A DNA stretch of 55,526 nucleotides from Podarcis pityusensis (taxonomy: Eukaryota). The position numbers and the translations under genes are program-made. How positions within the stretch are numbered: the first letter of the stretch is position 1; every line of letters starts with the position of its first letter. The stretch lies in NCBI GenBank assembly GCA_964106645.2, contig CAXKZF020000196.1; one strand, written 5' to 3'. The notes under the pieces were generated by a model, which was not told the origin of the DNA, did no database searches, and was given only the letters and a program-made list of their open reading frames with translations. Below are positions 10,455 to 22,614 of the stretch, piece by piece.

Positions 10455-11394
10455 TTAAGACGGCAGCGACTCGACGATATCAAAACAAAGGCGATGCGTG
10501 AGTAGTGCGTCGGCGTAGTCGGCATAGACGCGCGAGCGGTTCCCGCTGGTGACGGCTTCTAGGAACCCCTGGTTTTCGAACTTTATCGAATTGTTGGTGA
10601 GCTTGACCTCGCGGCGCCCTTCTTCCGACTCGTAAATCGCCCCTTCTCTAGTGAGCGTTATAAGCAGGCCGTCGCAGACGAACTTGAGGGAAACGTCAGT
10701 GGGGCCGTGCAGCAGGCATGTCGCCGAGAATACGCCTTGTGCCCCAGATGCAAACTTCAGGAGCGCCGCGCTGGACGTGGCAACGTCCAGGTCAGGGTAC
10801 GCTGCCCGGTCAAGGTGTGAACTGGCAGCTGAAATACAGGAGGCTTCGCCCACGAGATGGCGAGCAAGATCGATAAGATGTGTCGCCTGCTCCACCATTT
10901 GACCCCCGCTTGAGCTTTGCTGGTGCCACCATGTGGGTGGAGGTGTTGTATCGTGCCAGGATCCTATAACAAGGGAAGGGGGGTTGGCGACCAGACTCTC
11001 TCGAACTTCAGCCACGGTGTTCATCGCACGCCAGTTGTACCCGACTGCGGCCAAGAGGCCGCTTGCCCGAAGCGCATCTGCGATCTTTTCAGGGGTCCCC
11101 CTGTCGGCTGCGAGCGGCTTTTCGACCAAGAAGGGTACACCGTGTTCGATTAGTTCGAGTTCAAGTTCGCCGTGAACATGAGGAGGCGTTGTAATCCAAA
11201 CGGCTTCTACCTGCGCGCCAGTAAGCAGATCGGCTAAAGACGTGTAGGCACCTCCCCCCCATCGCTGTGCTGCCGCTTTGGCGCTCGCTTGACTCCTGGA
11301 CACATGACCCGACGATCTCCACTCCCGGCTCGTCTGCAAGCGTCCGCAAGTGAGCTTGGGCGATGCCACCCGTGCCGATAACGGCTACTCTCAT
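10455..11394 (-). CDS. Gfo/Idh/MocA family oxidoreductase (frameshift near 11305)
   Basis: MRVAVIGTGGIA...; LVEKPLA; GGQMVEQATHLIDL. Confidence 0.85.
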
Positions 11395-12371
11395 GGGTCG
11401 CTCCTCAGAGGTTGCGGCGTTTCTGTAGGTTCTTTAATCATGGGTTTACCCTTCTCAAAATGGATGCGGTCGATTCTCAAGGTTCTCGCGCCTTTTGGGT
11501 AGGTTGTATAGGGCGCTGTCCAGGCGTGGTAACTGAACCAAAGCTGGTTCTGAGCGTCGACAAAAAACGCCTCGCCGCCCGGTCCCATGACCGAGCCCGC
11601 AGCCTTAAAAATGGGACGCTCAAGAGGTTTTCTGCACGGGCCGGTCGCGTACTCACACACGGCGTAACCTACAGCATAGGCGTGACTCTCCCACCAGTTG
11701 CCGGAGTAGAACAGGTAATAGCGGCCGTCTTGCTGCCACATCGCCGGGTTCTCGATCAGGGGAAGCTCCCAGAGCTGGTCGCGCTGGATGAGTTCACTAG
11801 GGCGGCCAAGGAGCTTTTGTCCGTCGCGGCTCAGGCGCTGCACCCAAAGTCCGACCGGCAGGTCGCAGCAATTACCGTCGTTTTTCCAGTATAGATAGGT
11901 CTGCCCGTTAGTATCGACAAAGGGGTAGGGGTCTATAGATCCTCCCAGGTTTACCTGACATATAAAGGGCCCGGTCGACTTATCGATATAAGGGCCCTCT
12001 GGAGTCTGGGCGATTGCACGTGAAATGCACTGGCGGCCCGAGGCCGCGTGCCGGGTCGTATAATAGAGGACATAAGCTCTCTCGCCCGCTAGCACCCCTG
12101 GGGCCCAGACCAGGTCGCCCACCTCTTCGCTCCATGCAGGGAGTTCTGGGAGCGCGTCTCCAAGCAAGGTCCAAGACGCTAGCGTATCCGAGCGAAGTAT
12201 GGGTACGTGCGCTGAACCCACGTTTGTGGAGAACGCATAGTAGGTTCCGTTGTCATTCAGAATAAACGGGTCCGGGAAGTCGTGGGGGTAAACAGGGTTG
12301 GTGTAGGTCTGCGCGCCGCACCATGCTGTGAAGGTCATGTATAAGCCGAAGAGCACCGCCCGCGCACTCAC
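11391..12371 (-). CDS. Secreted glycoside hydrolase family 43
   Basis: NPVYPHDFPDP, WAPGV, SIDP, IENP and GPGG motifs; N-terminal signal peptide. Confidence 0.9.
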   Translation of the reverse strand: MSARAVLFGLYMTFTAWCGAQTYTNPVYPHDFPDPFILNDNGTYYAFSTNVGSAHVPILRSDTLASWTLLGDALPELPAWSEEVGDLVWAPGVLAGERAYVLYYTTRHAASGRQCISRAIAQTPEGPYIDKSTGPFICQVNLGGSIDPYPFVDTNGQTYLYWKNDGNCCDLPVGLWVQRLSRDGQKLLGRPSELIQRDQLWELPLIENPAMWQQDGRYYLFYSGNWWESHAYAVGYAVCEYATGPCRKPLERPIFKAAGSVMGPGGEAFFVDAQNQLWFSYHAWTAPYTTYPKGARTLRIDRIHFEKGKPMIKEPTETPQPLRSDP

Positions 12372-13258
12372 TTTGGTGTTCCGCTAAAGGTAATACCCTC
12401 TTCGAAGTAACGCTGGAAGAAGATCAAGAGTAAAATGACGGGTGTGACGGACATAAGCGTGCCCGCCATCAGTTCCGGCCAGCGCGTTGCCCACCTTCCT
12501 TGCATCGATGCCAGTCCGAGCGTCAGCGTTTGCTTATCGGGTGTATGAATCATCAGCAAGGGCCAGATGAAGTCGTTCCAGGTACCCATGAAAGTGAACA
12601 CCGCGACCACCGCCAGGGCCGGGCGGGACAAGGGCAGGACGATCCGAAAAAAGATGCCAAAGGGGGACGCGCCGTCGATGCGCGCGGCGTCCTCCAGTTC
12701 GGGTGCCAGGCCAAGCATGAACTGCCGAAGCAAGAAGGTGTTAAACGCTCCCCCTAGCGAGGCAGGCAAAATCAGTGCCCAGTACGTGTCGATCAGTCCG
12801 AAGAAGCGGTCGGTCATCAGGATATACGACGGAATAAGGGTTACTAATCCAGGGACCATCATGGTGCCTAGGTAGAGGAGAAAAAGCCTGTCCCTGCCGG
12901 GGAACGAGAGCCTGGCGAAAGTGTACGCCGCCATAGCCGACGTCAAGGTTTGAAAGAAGGTGACCGTGAGCGCGACAAAGGTGCTATTCAGTGCATACCG
13001 GGCGAAAGGAAAAGCCTGAAAGACTTCAGTAAAGTTTTCCCAGTGCAGCACCTCAGGGAACCATACGGGTGGGTAGGCAAAGACGTCCGCACGAGTCTTG
13101 AGTGCCGTTGAAAACATCCACAGGAACGGAATGATAGCCGTCAGGGCCAAGAGTATGAGAACCAGGATGGTGAGGATCCGCCAGGTACGTTCGAGAAGGC
13201 GCTTTTGCCCCTGCCTGGGACGCTTGTGTCTTGGGCGCAGCTGCTGGTCACCTACCAC
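12368..13258 (-). CDS. Carbohydrate ABC transporter permease (MalG-like)
   Basis: EAA loop ELEDAARIDGAS; multiple transmembrane segments. Confidence 0.9.
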   Translation of the reverse strand: MVGDQQLRPRHKRPRQGQKRLLERTWRILTILVLILLALTAIIPFLWMFSTALKTRADVFAYPPVWFPEVLHWENFTEVFQAFPFARYALNSTFVALTVTFFQTLTSAMAAYTFARLSFPGRDRLFLLYLGTMMVPGLVTLIPSYILMTDRFFGLIDTYWALILPASLGGAFNTFLLRQFMLGLAPELEDAARIDGASPFGIFFRIVLPLSRPALAVVAVFTFMGTWNDFIWPLLMIHTPDKQTLTLGLASMQGRWATRWPELMAGTLMSVTPVILLLIFFQRYFEEGITFSGTPK

Positions 13259-13259
13259 C

Positions 13260-14133
13260 TCAGTACTCCACCCGGCGGCCCACGGTTCGCCACTGGACGA
13301 GGGTAAGAAGGAGCACGATCGCGAACAAGAACCCACGCCATCGCCGAGGCATACCCTACTTCGAAACGCTTGAAAGCCTGGTTGTAAAGATGGAAGGCGT
13401 AGACGTGGCTCGAAAATCCTGGACCTCCCTGCGTCATGATGTAAATGACGTCGAAAACCTGGAATGCGCCGATGACGCCAGTAATGAGGAAGAAAAAGTG
13501 GATTGGGGTCAGGAGCGGGAGCGTAATGTAGCGAAACGACTGCCAGTCACTGGCGCCGTCTAAACGGGCCGCTTCGTAAAGATGCTCAGGGATGTTTTTA
13601 AGTCCTGCCAGGTAGATGATGGCGTCGAAGCCAACGCCCGTCCAGAGACTCATTAAAACAAGCGCAGGAATCACCACATGTGGGTTGGTCAGCCAGCCTA
13701 CAGCGGGTAAGCCTATCGCCTGCAGTCCCGCGTTGATAAGGCCAAACTGGTCGTTATAAAGCCATCTCCAGACCATCGCGATAGCCACAAGCGACGATAC
13801 TCCAGGAATCATAAATGCGAGCCTAAAGTACGTGATGCCCGGAAAGTTCCGTCGTAAAACGAGCGCCAGCGCGAGTGACGCGACAATAGTTGAAGGGACG
13901 ATGAGCAGGGCGTAATAAAACGTGTTCCGAAGAGAAATCCACATCACCCTGTCGCTAAACATTGTCTCAAAGTTCTCAAGACCAACGAAACTTGGTGAGC
14001 GCAGCAGGTTCCAGTCGGTAAACGCCAAACCGAACGAAGCAAGTATAGGAATGAGTGTGAACAAGATCATACCGATAAGGCTTGGAGCCAGGAATACAAA
14101 AGCGTAAGGCCAGTCTCTACGCGCCCACTTCAT
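13260..14133 (-). CDS. Carbohydrate ABC transporter permease (MalF-like; frameshift near the 3' end)
   Basis: FVGLENF; LYEAARLDGAS; GYASAMAW. Confidence 0.9.
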
Positions 14134-14200
14134 GTCACGCTTGTCCTTCCGGGGGCTGGTGCGCCAAGTAGCGCACCAGCCCCTCCCGCTAGCGGTTTTG

Positions 14201-15470
14201 CTACCATCCCATGGGTTCGGGCGTCACGGCGCAGGCAGCGTCGGCCGCCTCTTGCGCAGAAGCCTGACCGTTCCAGAGTCCTTCGAGTCCCACATCGACG
14301 CCGTCGCCTATAAACGCGTCCCAGTTCCTGATCATGGTGGGAAGTCGCCCGTAATCGAGCACGTCTAAGCTCAGCTCGAGATTGAGGAGGTTCATTGGAG
14401 AGATATTCTCGGGGGGATCTCGTAAGATCGCTTCTATGACATCGGGTCGGGGAGGTATGCCTTTACCGTATGTAACAGCGCCCAAGGTGTATATCTCGGG
14501 TGAGGCCATAAATTTGAGGTATTCCCAGGCCGATTCAGCGTTTTCCGTGTTTGCCGACATGACGTAGTCCGCCAGATGCAAGAAGGTTGCAGGTTCTCCA
14601 TCCGCACGAGTAGGCAGAGGCGCCATACTCCAATTAAAATCTGCCTCTTGCTCAAAAGCAGGGATATCCCAACCGCCACTTTGATACATTGCCACACGCC
14701 CTGTTACGAAAAGGTCCCAACCTGTCATGCCGAGTCCGGTCATCTGTTCAGGACTCGGTGAGTATCCTTGCTGGTTAAGACCAGACCACCATTCGAGCGC
14801 TTCTACTGCCTGTGGCTCTCCTAGGATGCACGTGGTTCCATCCTCGCTGATCAGGTCGCCGCCACTCTGCCAGACATAGGGCAACCAGACCGCCCACCAA
14901 CTGTCCGCAAAGACGCCGTATGTTTTGTTCGGACCTTCGCCCTGAGTCAGCTCTTGTGCAGCGCGCTCGAAATCTTCCCACGTCCAGTCAGCAGTCGGAT
15001 ACTCAACGCCGGCCTCATCGAACATGTCTTTTGTTGTAATACAGGCGCTGCACGTCAACAGGTGCGGGCAACATGTAGACGTGTCCGTCGGGACCGCGAA
15101 AGTAGTCGATTACCGACGCTTGAAAGTCGCTCTCTTTAAGGTCTGTGTCCGACTCGAAAAACGGGGTGAGGTCGTGTGCCACGCCGTCCTCGATAAAACG
15201 TCCGACAAATACGTCACCCGAGCCGAAGATGTCAGGCGGTGTGCCAGCGGCGATCTGTGCCAACACTTGAAGGTCGTACCCTTCCGGAGGTACGGGTTGT
15301 TCCTGAATCACGATCTCGGGATGCTCAGCTGTGAACATTTCGTTGACGGTAGCCATATACTCGATTTCGGAGTTCTCTCCAGGATAGGCAACGATCAGGG
15401 GTGCCTGCGCGTACGCAAGCGGCAATGTAATAAGGGTCATTAACGTGGTTAGTTGAAGGGGCAGGGTCAT
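14201..15470 (-). CDS. Sugar ABC transporter substrate-binding protein (frameshift near 15050)
   Basis: Own RBS (AAAGGA) and signal MTLPLQ...AYA-Q; [33 protein letters not shown]. Confidence 0.85.
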
Positions 15471-15532
15471 AAAGTTCCTTTCCGGGTTCTTGAGATATTT
15501 TGGCTTGCGGTCCGGGTAAAGCGCCTCCTTTA

Positions 15533-16583
15533 TCAAGAATCTGAAAAAGTCAAGAACAACCTGCAGGGTGCTGTTTGGGTCAGTGTCGAGCAGCTCAAAG
15601 GCTTTTGCCGCATCATGAAAGGGAGTACGGTGGCTGATGAGTGGCTCTAGATTAAGGACGCCCTGCGCTTGTAGCGCAATCACAGTCTGAACCATCCTCA
15701 GTTCGTTCCAACGATAGGAAAGTTCAGGATCGACACCCGATATCTGTGAACACACGATGTTGATGCGATTATGGTGAAACTCTTCCCCGAGGGTGAGCTG
15801 AGTAGCTGCGCCTTGATAAAACCCAAGGGCAACGACCTTGGATGAGTACGCAACCGAACGTATAGCTTCATTAAGCGCAGGCGACGCGCCAGATGCTTCA
15901 AAGGCAACATCAGCCCCTCGGTTGTCCGTGAGCCCACGTATACGTTCCGCGACCGAGCCCTCACTGGCCAAAAGTGTGATGTCTAAAGATCCAAGACGCT
16001 TCGCCAGCTCGAGGCGTTTGGAAACGAGGTCAATACCGATCACGCGCGCACCCGAGCGTTTGGCAAGCTGAGCGATAATTTGACCTGGCACGCCCAGGCC
16101 GAAAACGGCTACGGTCTCGCCGATACGGACGCGTCCATCATGGACGCCATTGAGTGCAATTGCCCCAATCTGTGAAAAGATGCCGAGAATCGGATCAAGG
16201 CCAGGAGGTAAGATCCTTGGCTTTGCATACGCTTCGCTAACGACATGATGTGTGCGGTGCCCCCACGCACCGCACACATGCTCCCCTACACCTATACTCT
16301 CGACGCTTTCATGGACTTCAACAACTTCACCGACTTCTTCGTACCCCCACCCGCTAACTGGGTAGGTGAATTGAGGTGTCTCACTCTCAACAAAAAGCCG
16401 TCGAGTCTCGTCCCAGCGCTTGTGCAGGTAGGGGTTGGTGCCACGGTACGCGGTCAGTTCAGTACCTGCGCTGATCCCCGAATAAAGTGTTTTAATCCTT
16501 AATTCTCCGCTCTTTAGCGGCCTTTCGGCGTATTCGCGTATCGACACCTCATGAGACCTGGTGAAGTCGACAACCTGAGCCAC
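15533..16583 (-). CDS. Zinc-binding (MDR) alcohol/sugar dehydrogenase
   Basis: YSGISAGTE, GYEEVGEV, VFGLGVPG and GADVAFEASG motifs; GGGGAGG RBS. Confidence 0.85.
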
Positions 16584-16620
16584 GCTTTCCTCCCCAAATA
16601 ATGTATGAAAATAGCCTGTG

Positions 16621-16634
16621 TGTTAACGTTGACA
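16621..16634. promoter_or_regulatory. LacI-type operator upstream of the sugar operon
   Basis: TGTTAACGTTGACA, a CG-centred palindrome nearly identical to the 17755 site. Confidence 0.8.
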
Positions 16635-16684
16635 TGAGGGTTAAAAATCACGGGTTTGCTCTATTGTTGCGAGCCACCCATCGA

Positions 16685-17734
16685 TTATGGGGCAGGTCCA
16701 GTTGAGTCGCGAACGATAAGTTGGGTCGGGAACCGTTGTGTCTGAATGCCTCCTGAGGTCTGTCCCTCTATTCGCTCAATGGCGAGCTGCATCGCCGCCT
16801 TGCCCAGCTCTTCCATCGGAAGTCGTACGGTCGTGAGCATGGGGGTGACGAAAGCAGCATAGGTGTCGTCAAAGCCCACAACTGACATTTCTTTAGGGAC
16901 CTTCAGGCCGTGGCAGTACAAGCACTGGATGACGCCCGCAGCCAAGATGTCGTTGCTCGCGAAAATGGCAGTGGGTGGTTCGTCAAACTTTAGGAAACGG
17001 TCGGCTGCTCGGTACCCATCCTCGTTAGCGCTACGGTCCTGGAGATTGTAGTAGTTGCCAAGTGAGATGAGCTGAGTATCTACTTGGATGCCCACACCTT
17101 CTAAAGCGTCCCGATAAGCTTGCAAGCGCTCCCGCTCGACATATGCCGAGATAGAACTTAGCTGTACTTTTGGGTCTTGACCAATAAATGCAATGCGTCT
17201 ATGTCCAAAATCAAGGAGATGATCCATCGCCGCGCGCGCGCCCACGTAGTTATCAACCAGGACATGATCGCACGCTTCAAGTACAGGTCTTTCTACCTGC
17301 ACCGCAGGGACGCCTGCGTTCAGTGAAAGCGTGACATTCGCGGCGTCGATGGGTGTAATGAAAAGAATGGCATCGACGCGCCAACTTAGAAATGCCTCTA
17401 CGGCTTTCGTTTCGGCTTTTGCGTCTCCCTGAACGTTGTAAGTCAACAGGCTGTAGCCTAGCTCGGTTGCCAAACGCTCGGCCCCTAGCGCCACCTGAAC
17501 ATAGAACGTGTTTGGAAAAGTCGACTGCAAGACTTGTCCAACAGCCTTGGTACGCCTCTGTTTCAAACTCCGGGCAAGTGAATTGCTCCGGTAGTCCACA
17601 GCTTTGATAGCCAATAAGACACGCGACCTGGTGCTTTCTGAAACGTAACCGCTTTCGTGGATGACGCGAGCAACCGTAGCGGTCGAGACGCCAGCGCGAG
17701 CAGCAACATCGTTAAGTGTAGCGTTACGCTTCAA
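16685..17734 (-). CDS. LacI family transcriptional regulator
   Basis: TLNDVAARAGVSTATVARV HTH, ARSL hinge, PTAIFASND and SVVGFDD. Probable TTG start at 17734. Confidence 0.92.
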   Translation of the reverse strand: MKRNATLNDVAARAGVSTATVARVIHESGYVSESTRSRVLLAIKAVDYRSNSLARSLKQRRTKAVGQVLQSTFPNTFYVQVALGAERLATELGYSLLTYNVQGDAKAETKAVEAFLSWRVDAILFITPIDAANVTLSLNAGVPAVQVERPVLEACDHVLVDNYVGARAAMDHLLDFGHRRIAFIGQDPKVQLSSISAYVERERLQAYRDALEGVGIQVDTQLISLGNYYNLQDRSANEDGYRAADRFLKFDEPPTAIFASNDILAAGVIQCLYCHGLKVPKEMSVVGFDDTYAAFVTPMLTTVRLPMEELGKAAMQLAIERIEGQTSGGIQTQRFPTQLIVRDSTGPAP

Positions 17735-17754
17735 AATCCACCCCATCATGGATG

Positions 17755-17768
17755 TGTCAACGTTGACA
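17755..17768. promoter_or_regulatory. LacI-type operator (autoregulatory)
   Basis: Perfect palindrome TGTCAACGTTGACA just upstream of the lacI-like gene. Confidence 0.8.
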
Positions 17769-17929
17769 TGTTGTATATGGAAAACAGTGTAGACGGGTTT
17801 ATTCTTATAAGTCAAATTTTGCATTAGAGCTAACATGCTTTGAACTGTAAATCGAACCAGAGTTGGCTGGATTGAGTCGATTTGGGCAAGTTACGGTAAA
17901 CAAAATTCCACCCGGGAAGCTGGTCAAAA

Positions 17930-18213
17930 ACGTAGTTGTCGACCACCAGGAGCGGGTGATGCAGCGACAGCGGCACGACGCCGCTGCCGAGCTTGATGTG
18001 CCGGGTGCGCGCGGCGGCGGTGGCAATAAAGATGTCTGGCGAGGCGACCGTTTCCCAACCAGTCGAGTGGTGTTCGCCGATCCAGACTTCATCGAAACCC
18101 AGGTGATCGAGGTGATCGATGAGCTGCAGGTCGCGCTCGAGTGCCAGCGTGGGAATTTCGCGCGGCTGATGCACCGGCTGCATGAAAAGACTGAAGCGAG
18201 TCGGTCTAGGCAC
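17930..18213 (-). pseudogene. Truncated LLM-class (luciferase-like) flavin-dependent monooxygenase, N-terminal fragment
   Basis: FSLFMQPVH...LGFDEVWIGEHHS...RHIKLGSGVV; homology is lost after about 95 aa. Confidence 0.8.
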
Positions 18214-18465
18214 AGCAGTCTCCTTAGAAGGTGTGTGCAAACACGTAGATCAGGTACACAAGCGGCAGCCTAGGAGCTGCCGCTTTTTTGTGTCAGCCAT
18301 TCCGACGATAGGCCCGATGAGCTTAAGATTAGCTTAAGGTTGCTTGTATAGAGTAACTCTTAAGGTTTTGTTCAAAGGAGAAGCATATCAGTCGGGGCGT
18401 CAATCGGTCTTTGTCGTGAGCCCACCTTAGCTGTGGCTCCTTAGCGACACAAGGAGTACCCATAT

Positions 18466-19744
18466 ATGAAACGCCGTTACCTTTTTACCCTCGCAGCTTT
18501 GCTACTTTTTCTTGCTGCCTGTAGCAGTGACAACGACCTTACCGCTATACCCAGCCTTAAGCCCCAATTTGGCACCTCAGACCAAGATATTACGATAGGT
18601 GTCGCTTCAGTTTCTTCCGGAGGAGTCTATAGTCCTGTCTAACCAGACTGGCGTGCTTTACAAGCAAGGGTCTAACGGCGAGACTTACGATGACGGCTAC
18701 TTTACCCGTATTGCTCTACGACGTTACGACGCGACGGGCAAACTCATCTGGACCAAGTAAGTAGGAGAGGACAACTGCCGATATAGCGGGGGTTATTCAG
18801 GATACGACGATGAGTGCGACTTTTTGAAGCCAAAATCTGTAACGGCTGATGCTGCGGGCAACGTCTATGTTTTGCGTTCTACGACCCACACGTACTACAA
18901 CGGCTGGGACCCTACGTGGACAAGTTATGTACTCAAAAAATATAATGCTTCGGGAAACTTTGTTGACAGTATCCGCGTTTCGGAGCACGTTTACGGTTCC
19001 CATGCTGGCAATGACACTGAAGCTGTTGCTACGTTGGCCATAGATAGCGGAAACAACATTTTATCGATAGGTACCGACTGCGAAGCCATTCAGGATGAAG
19101 ATGGGGATTCGATGGGCGGATATTGCACCTATGTCATCGCCAAAGGTTCGCCTACCGGTAATCTGCTCTGGCAACGTACCTCGACGGTCGGTGTTCCCTA
19201 CAGAATCGCAGTTTCTAGCACAGGCAATATCTACGTCATCGGCAACCAGGGTATGGCACGCTATTCCAGCACCGGCAACCTCATCTGGACCAAAAAGGGT
19301 TCGTCCTATGCTGTACCTGAGGTAAGTAAGATCGTGGCTTCGGGCAGCAACCTTTACGTCCGGAGTGAAAAGACAGTGCGTAAGGACGATGCGAACGGCA
19401 GGCTCTTGTGGAGCAAACTTCAGGGCGGTCTCAATACTCTAGTGTTTGGCGACATGACCGCCGATCCAAACGGCAACCGCTACATCAGCGGCAAATATCG
19501 CCCCACCACGAGTAGCCCAGCGAACGCCTTTGTTCGCAAACTCAGGCCCACTGGAGCGATCCTCTAGACCAAGACCTTTGGGACACCGCAGTACGACGAC
19601 GCACGCGGTATCGCCACGATCAACGGCAGCGAGATTTACGTCACCGGTGAAACGCAAGGCTCACTCGCCCACACCAACATTGGGGGCAGTGACGCCTACC
19701 TGCGTGAGCTCAACAGTCTTGGGAATCAGGTCTGGACACGTTAG
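18466..19744 (+). pseudogene. SBBP-repeat beta-propeller lipoprotein with stops and a frameshift
   Basis: MKRRYLFTLAALLLFLAAC lipobox, PQFGT and ADAAGNVYV/GNLLW repeats. In-frame TAA (about 18758) and TAG (about 19565). Confidence 0.8.
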
Positions 19745-19762
19745 ATCCAGCTAAACAAAACA

Positions 19763-19785
19763 GAGCCCCGGATGACCGGGGCTTC
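19763..19785 (+). terminator. Hairpin after the SBBP gene
   Basis: AGCCCCGG-ATGA-CCGGGGCT. Confidence 0.55.
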
Positions 19786-19869
19786 CCTATAGCAAAAAAA
19801 ATCGCGCCCTCTTGAGCGCTTTGATTCTTTAAGTCTACCGCCGTATGCGCTATTCGTCAAGGCGATGCG

Positions 19870-21223
19870 CTGTTGACCGGACAAAAGTCTGCATACACAG
19901 TAGGCTATGCAAACAAGCACCTCAAAACTGACGACATACGCCAGCAGTTACCGCGACTTATTCAAGGACCAACGATTGTTCGACGGCTTTGTAGGAACAC
20001 TCCAAGGGATTTTGGGGAGTCAAAGCCTGCATGTGAGCAAGATTGCCAGTTCCAGCAGCCTCTTATCAGGACAACATGCTGAAAGGCGGGTCAGACGCTT
20101 GGTACATGGCGACAATCAGCGCGCACCTTTAGCTGCGGAAACGCTGACAGAGCGGTTGACCGAGGAAGGTGCTAAGAAGCTGGCTTGGGAAGGTGAGGTG
20201 CTGCTGATCCTGGACGAGTCGGACTTACGCAAACCCTTTGCCCGCAATATGGAGCATCTGGACACGGTCAGGAGTCTAGACGGTGAGCTTATTCCTAGGA
20301 CCCTCAACGTCCTAGGTATCGGCACAAGCGGTCAGCGGTCGATTCTCTACCACCACAGCTTTTCAGCCACTACCCCCGATTTCGAGAGTGTAGGCGTTGA
20401 GTACAAGCGGGCGCTGGACAAGGTCACGAACGCCTTACGGGAGGTTGGGGCAGGCCGTTTGCTATGGGTCATTGACCGAGCCGGGGACGACCTAGCACTG
20501 ATGAGGCACCTTCATGAGGCAGGCTCTAGCTTTGTTATTCGGGTACAGCACGTTAAGCGCAAGGGCAGGCAAGGAGGCAAGAACACCAACCTTGCTAAAG
20601 TCGTAGAGGCTGCTCCTGTGCTGGGCGAAGCCACCTTGGAAAGACGCTTACTCGACCCAAGTAGTAAAAAATACCGCAACCAGCATGTGCCGGTGCAACT
20701 TGCAGGCACTGAAGTCGAACTTCGAGAAGCGCTTGGCTTTATCGTGAGCGTCGCTCAGGTCATATCACCCTTTAACGAACGTGGCTGGTTGCTCGTGTCC
20801 AACTTGCGCCTCCACCGGGATAAAGAGGCTGTCGTGCTCAAAAAAATGCTGAGCGTCTATAGGCAGCGTTGGGCGATTGAAGACCTTTTTGCTTGGACCA
20901 AAGGTGCATTGGGCTGGGAGAGTGTTCGGCTTATGTCGTTTGGGGCGCTCCGAACTTTAGTGGCATTCGCCTGGCTGGGTGCGGCGTTTCTCTACGACTT
21001 GGGTGGTGATACAGAAGATCGAGGGGTTCAGTTTCTAGCACATCTTGGGGGCGCACAAGCAGGTGGCAACAAATCAGGAATGCGTACGCTCGCTACCGGC
21101 CTTCGTCACCTTGCCTCTTATCTCCTGGTCGCTGCCTATGCCCCTCAGCTTGGCGGTGATGACGCGCTTACAACCCTTGCTTATCAGGTCTTGCCTGCTC
21201 CATGAATTTCGTCCGGTTCTCAG
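19870..21223 (+). mobile_element. IS4-like DDE insertion sequence; transposase 19907-21205
   Basis: TIRs CTGTTGACCGGACAAAAGT and AATTTCGTCCGGTTCTCAG, with flanks GATGCG/TATGCG. Motifs ILDESDLRKP, DRAGD and YRQRWAIEDLF (YREK-like). Confidence 0.85.
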
Positions 21224-21678
21224 TATGCGGGGTTGTAGACATGCTGGACATACTTTGGGCTAAAAGATCGCGATAAACGAATGGTTTGACCCCTTGTCGT
21301 TCGGCTTTGCTTGAGAACCTCTGTTCTAGAAAGGTGACGAAAGGTAAATGCTGCTCAGCCTCTCTGAGGTGACGCTGGCTAGCTCCGCTCGCTAACGCAT
21401 GGCTGTCAAGTTCTAGTAGGCGTTGCAGTTCGGCACACACACCAAGCTGGCCTAGCTTCCCTACCGACGACACCAACACGAACAGCTCATTAGGATCCGC
21501 GCCCTCTCAGACGGCGGCGTCCGCGATCAACTCTTACGACAATAGGCGGGGACAGGTAGGACATCCAAAAGTTGCTGACTGTATGACCAGGGCAATTTTC
21601 GCCCGGTGTAGCGTGCTTGCGGTCAACTGCTTCTCGGGTAGGGCAGGTGAAGCTGACAACCGGGTTGAAAGCTAGCCC

Positions 21679-22614
21679 TCAGCCGTCGTACAAGTCACCC
21701 GAAAGGTACTTCAGACCGGAGTCGCAGGCGACGGTCACAACCGTGCGTCCGGCGCCGAGTTCCCGTGCGAGCTGGAGGGCGCCTGCCACGTTGAGGCCGC
21801 TGGACGTGCCTGCAAAGATGCCCTCCTCCTTCGCCAGGCGCCGTGCCATCTCTCTGCCTTCAGCCTCAGCGACGGCCCGAGCCTCATCGAACAATGTTGC
21901 GTCGAGCAGCGGAGGCACGAAGCCGACGCCGATGCCTTCAACACGATGGGAGCCCGCTCTGCCCGTCGAGATCACAGCTGAGCTGGCCGGCTCGAACACG
22001 ACGACTCTCGTTTCAGGCCGCGCTCGCTTCAGGACGGACGCCACTCCCATCACCATGCCAGCTGTGCCGACCGCACCACAAAAAGCGTCTATCGGTGTGT
22101 CTAGCTGTTCGAGCAGCTCGCGACCTATAGCCGCGTAACCAAGAAGCGAGTCCACGTTGTTGAACTGGTCAGTGGCGTACGTGGCCTCTTCGGCAGCCAG
22201 CTCTTTGGCGCGCTCGATCATCTTCGGGATAAGGTCGGGCGTGATCTGCCCGTTCTCGCTTTTGACGATGTCTAGCTCGCCACCGAACGCCAGCATCGTC
22301 CGCAATTTTTCTGTGGCAAACGCGTCAGACGAAACGACACGGAACCTGTAACCTTTAGCGGCACATATGAAGGCCAGCGACGAACCCGTACTTCCTCCTG
22401 TATATTCAACGACAGTCATGCCTGGCTTCAAGTCACCCCTCTTCTCGGCCTCTTCGATCATGGCTAAGGCCATGCGGTCCTTGTAGGACCCGGTAGGGTT
22501 GAAACTCTCGAGCTTGACGAAAACGTCAGCGCTGTTTTCAGGGACGACACAACGCAGCTTGACAACGGGGGTATGGCCTACGGCCTCAGTGAGCGAGCTT
22601 ACTGCTTTTCGCAT
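21679..22614 (-). CDS. Cysteine synthase family PLP enzyme (CysK/CysM-like)
   Basis: VGHTP, KLESFNPTGSYKDR, GAVGTAG, VEGIG and GTSSG motifs. Confidence 0.9.
   Translation of the reverse strand: MRKAVSSLTEAVGHTPVVKLRCVVPENSADVFVKLESFNPTGSYKDRMALAMIEEAEKRGDLKPGMTVVEYTGGSTGSSLAFICAAKGYRFRVVSSDAFATEKLRTMLAFGGELDIVKSENGQITPDLIPKMIERAKELAAEEATYATDQFNNVDSLLGYAAIGRELLEQLDTPIDAFCGAVGTAGMVMGVASVLKRARPETRVVVFEPASSAVISTGRAGSHRVEGIGVGFVPPLLDATLFDEARAVAEAEGREMARRLAKEEGIFAGTSSGLNVAGALQLARELGAGRTVVTVACDSGLKYLSGDLYDG

Noticed and set aside
15015-16583. Apparent fusion of the Zn dehydrogenase with the sugar-binding protein (522-aa ORF)
   Set aside because: Removing one T from a T-run near 15545 gives ...VLDFSDS*. 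The SBP has its own RBS and signal peptide at 15470, so this is a frameshift artefact.
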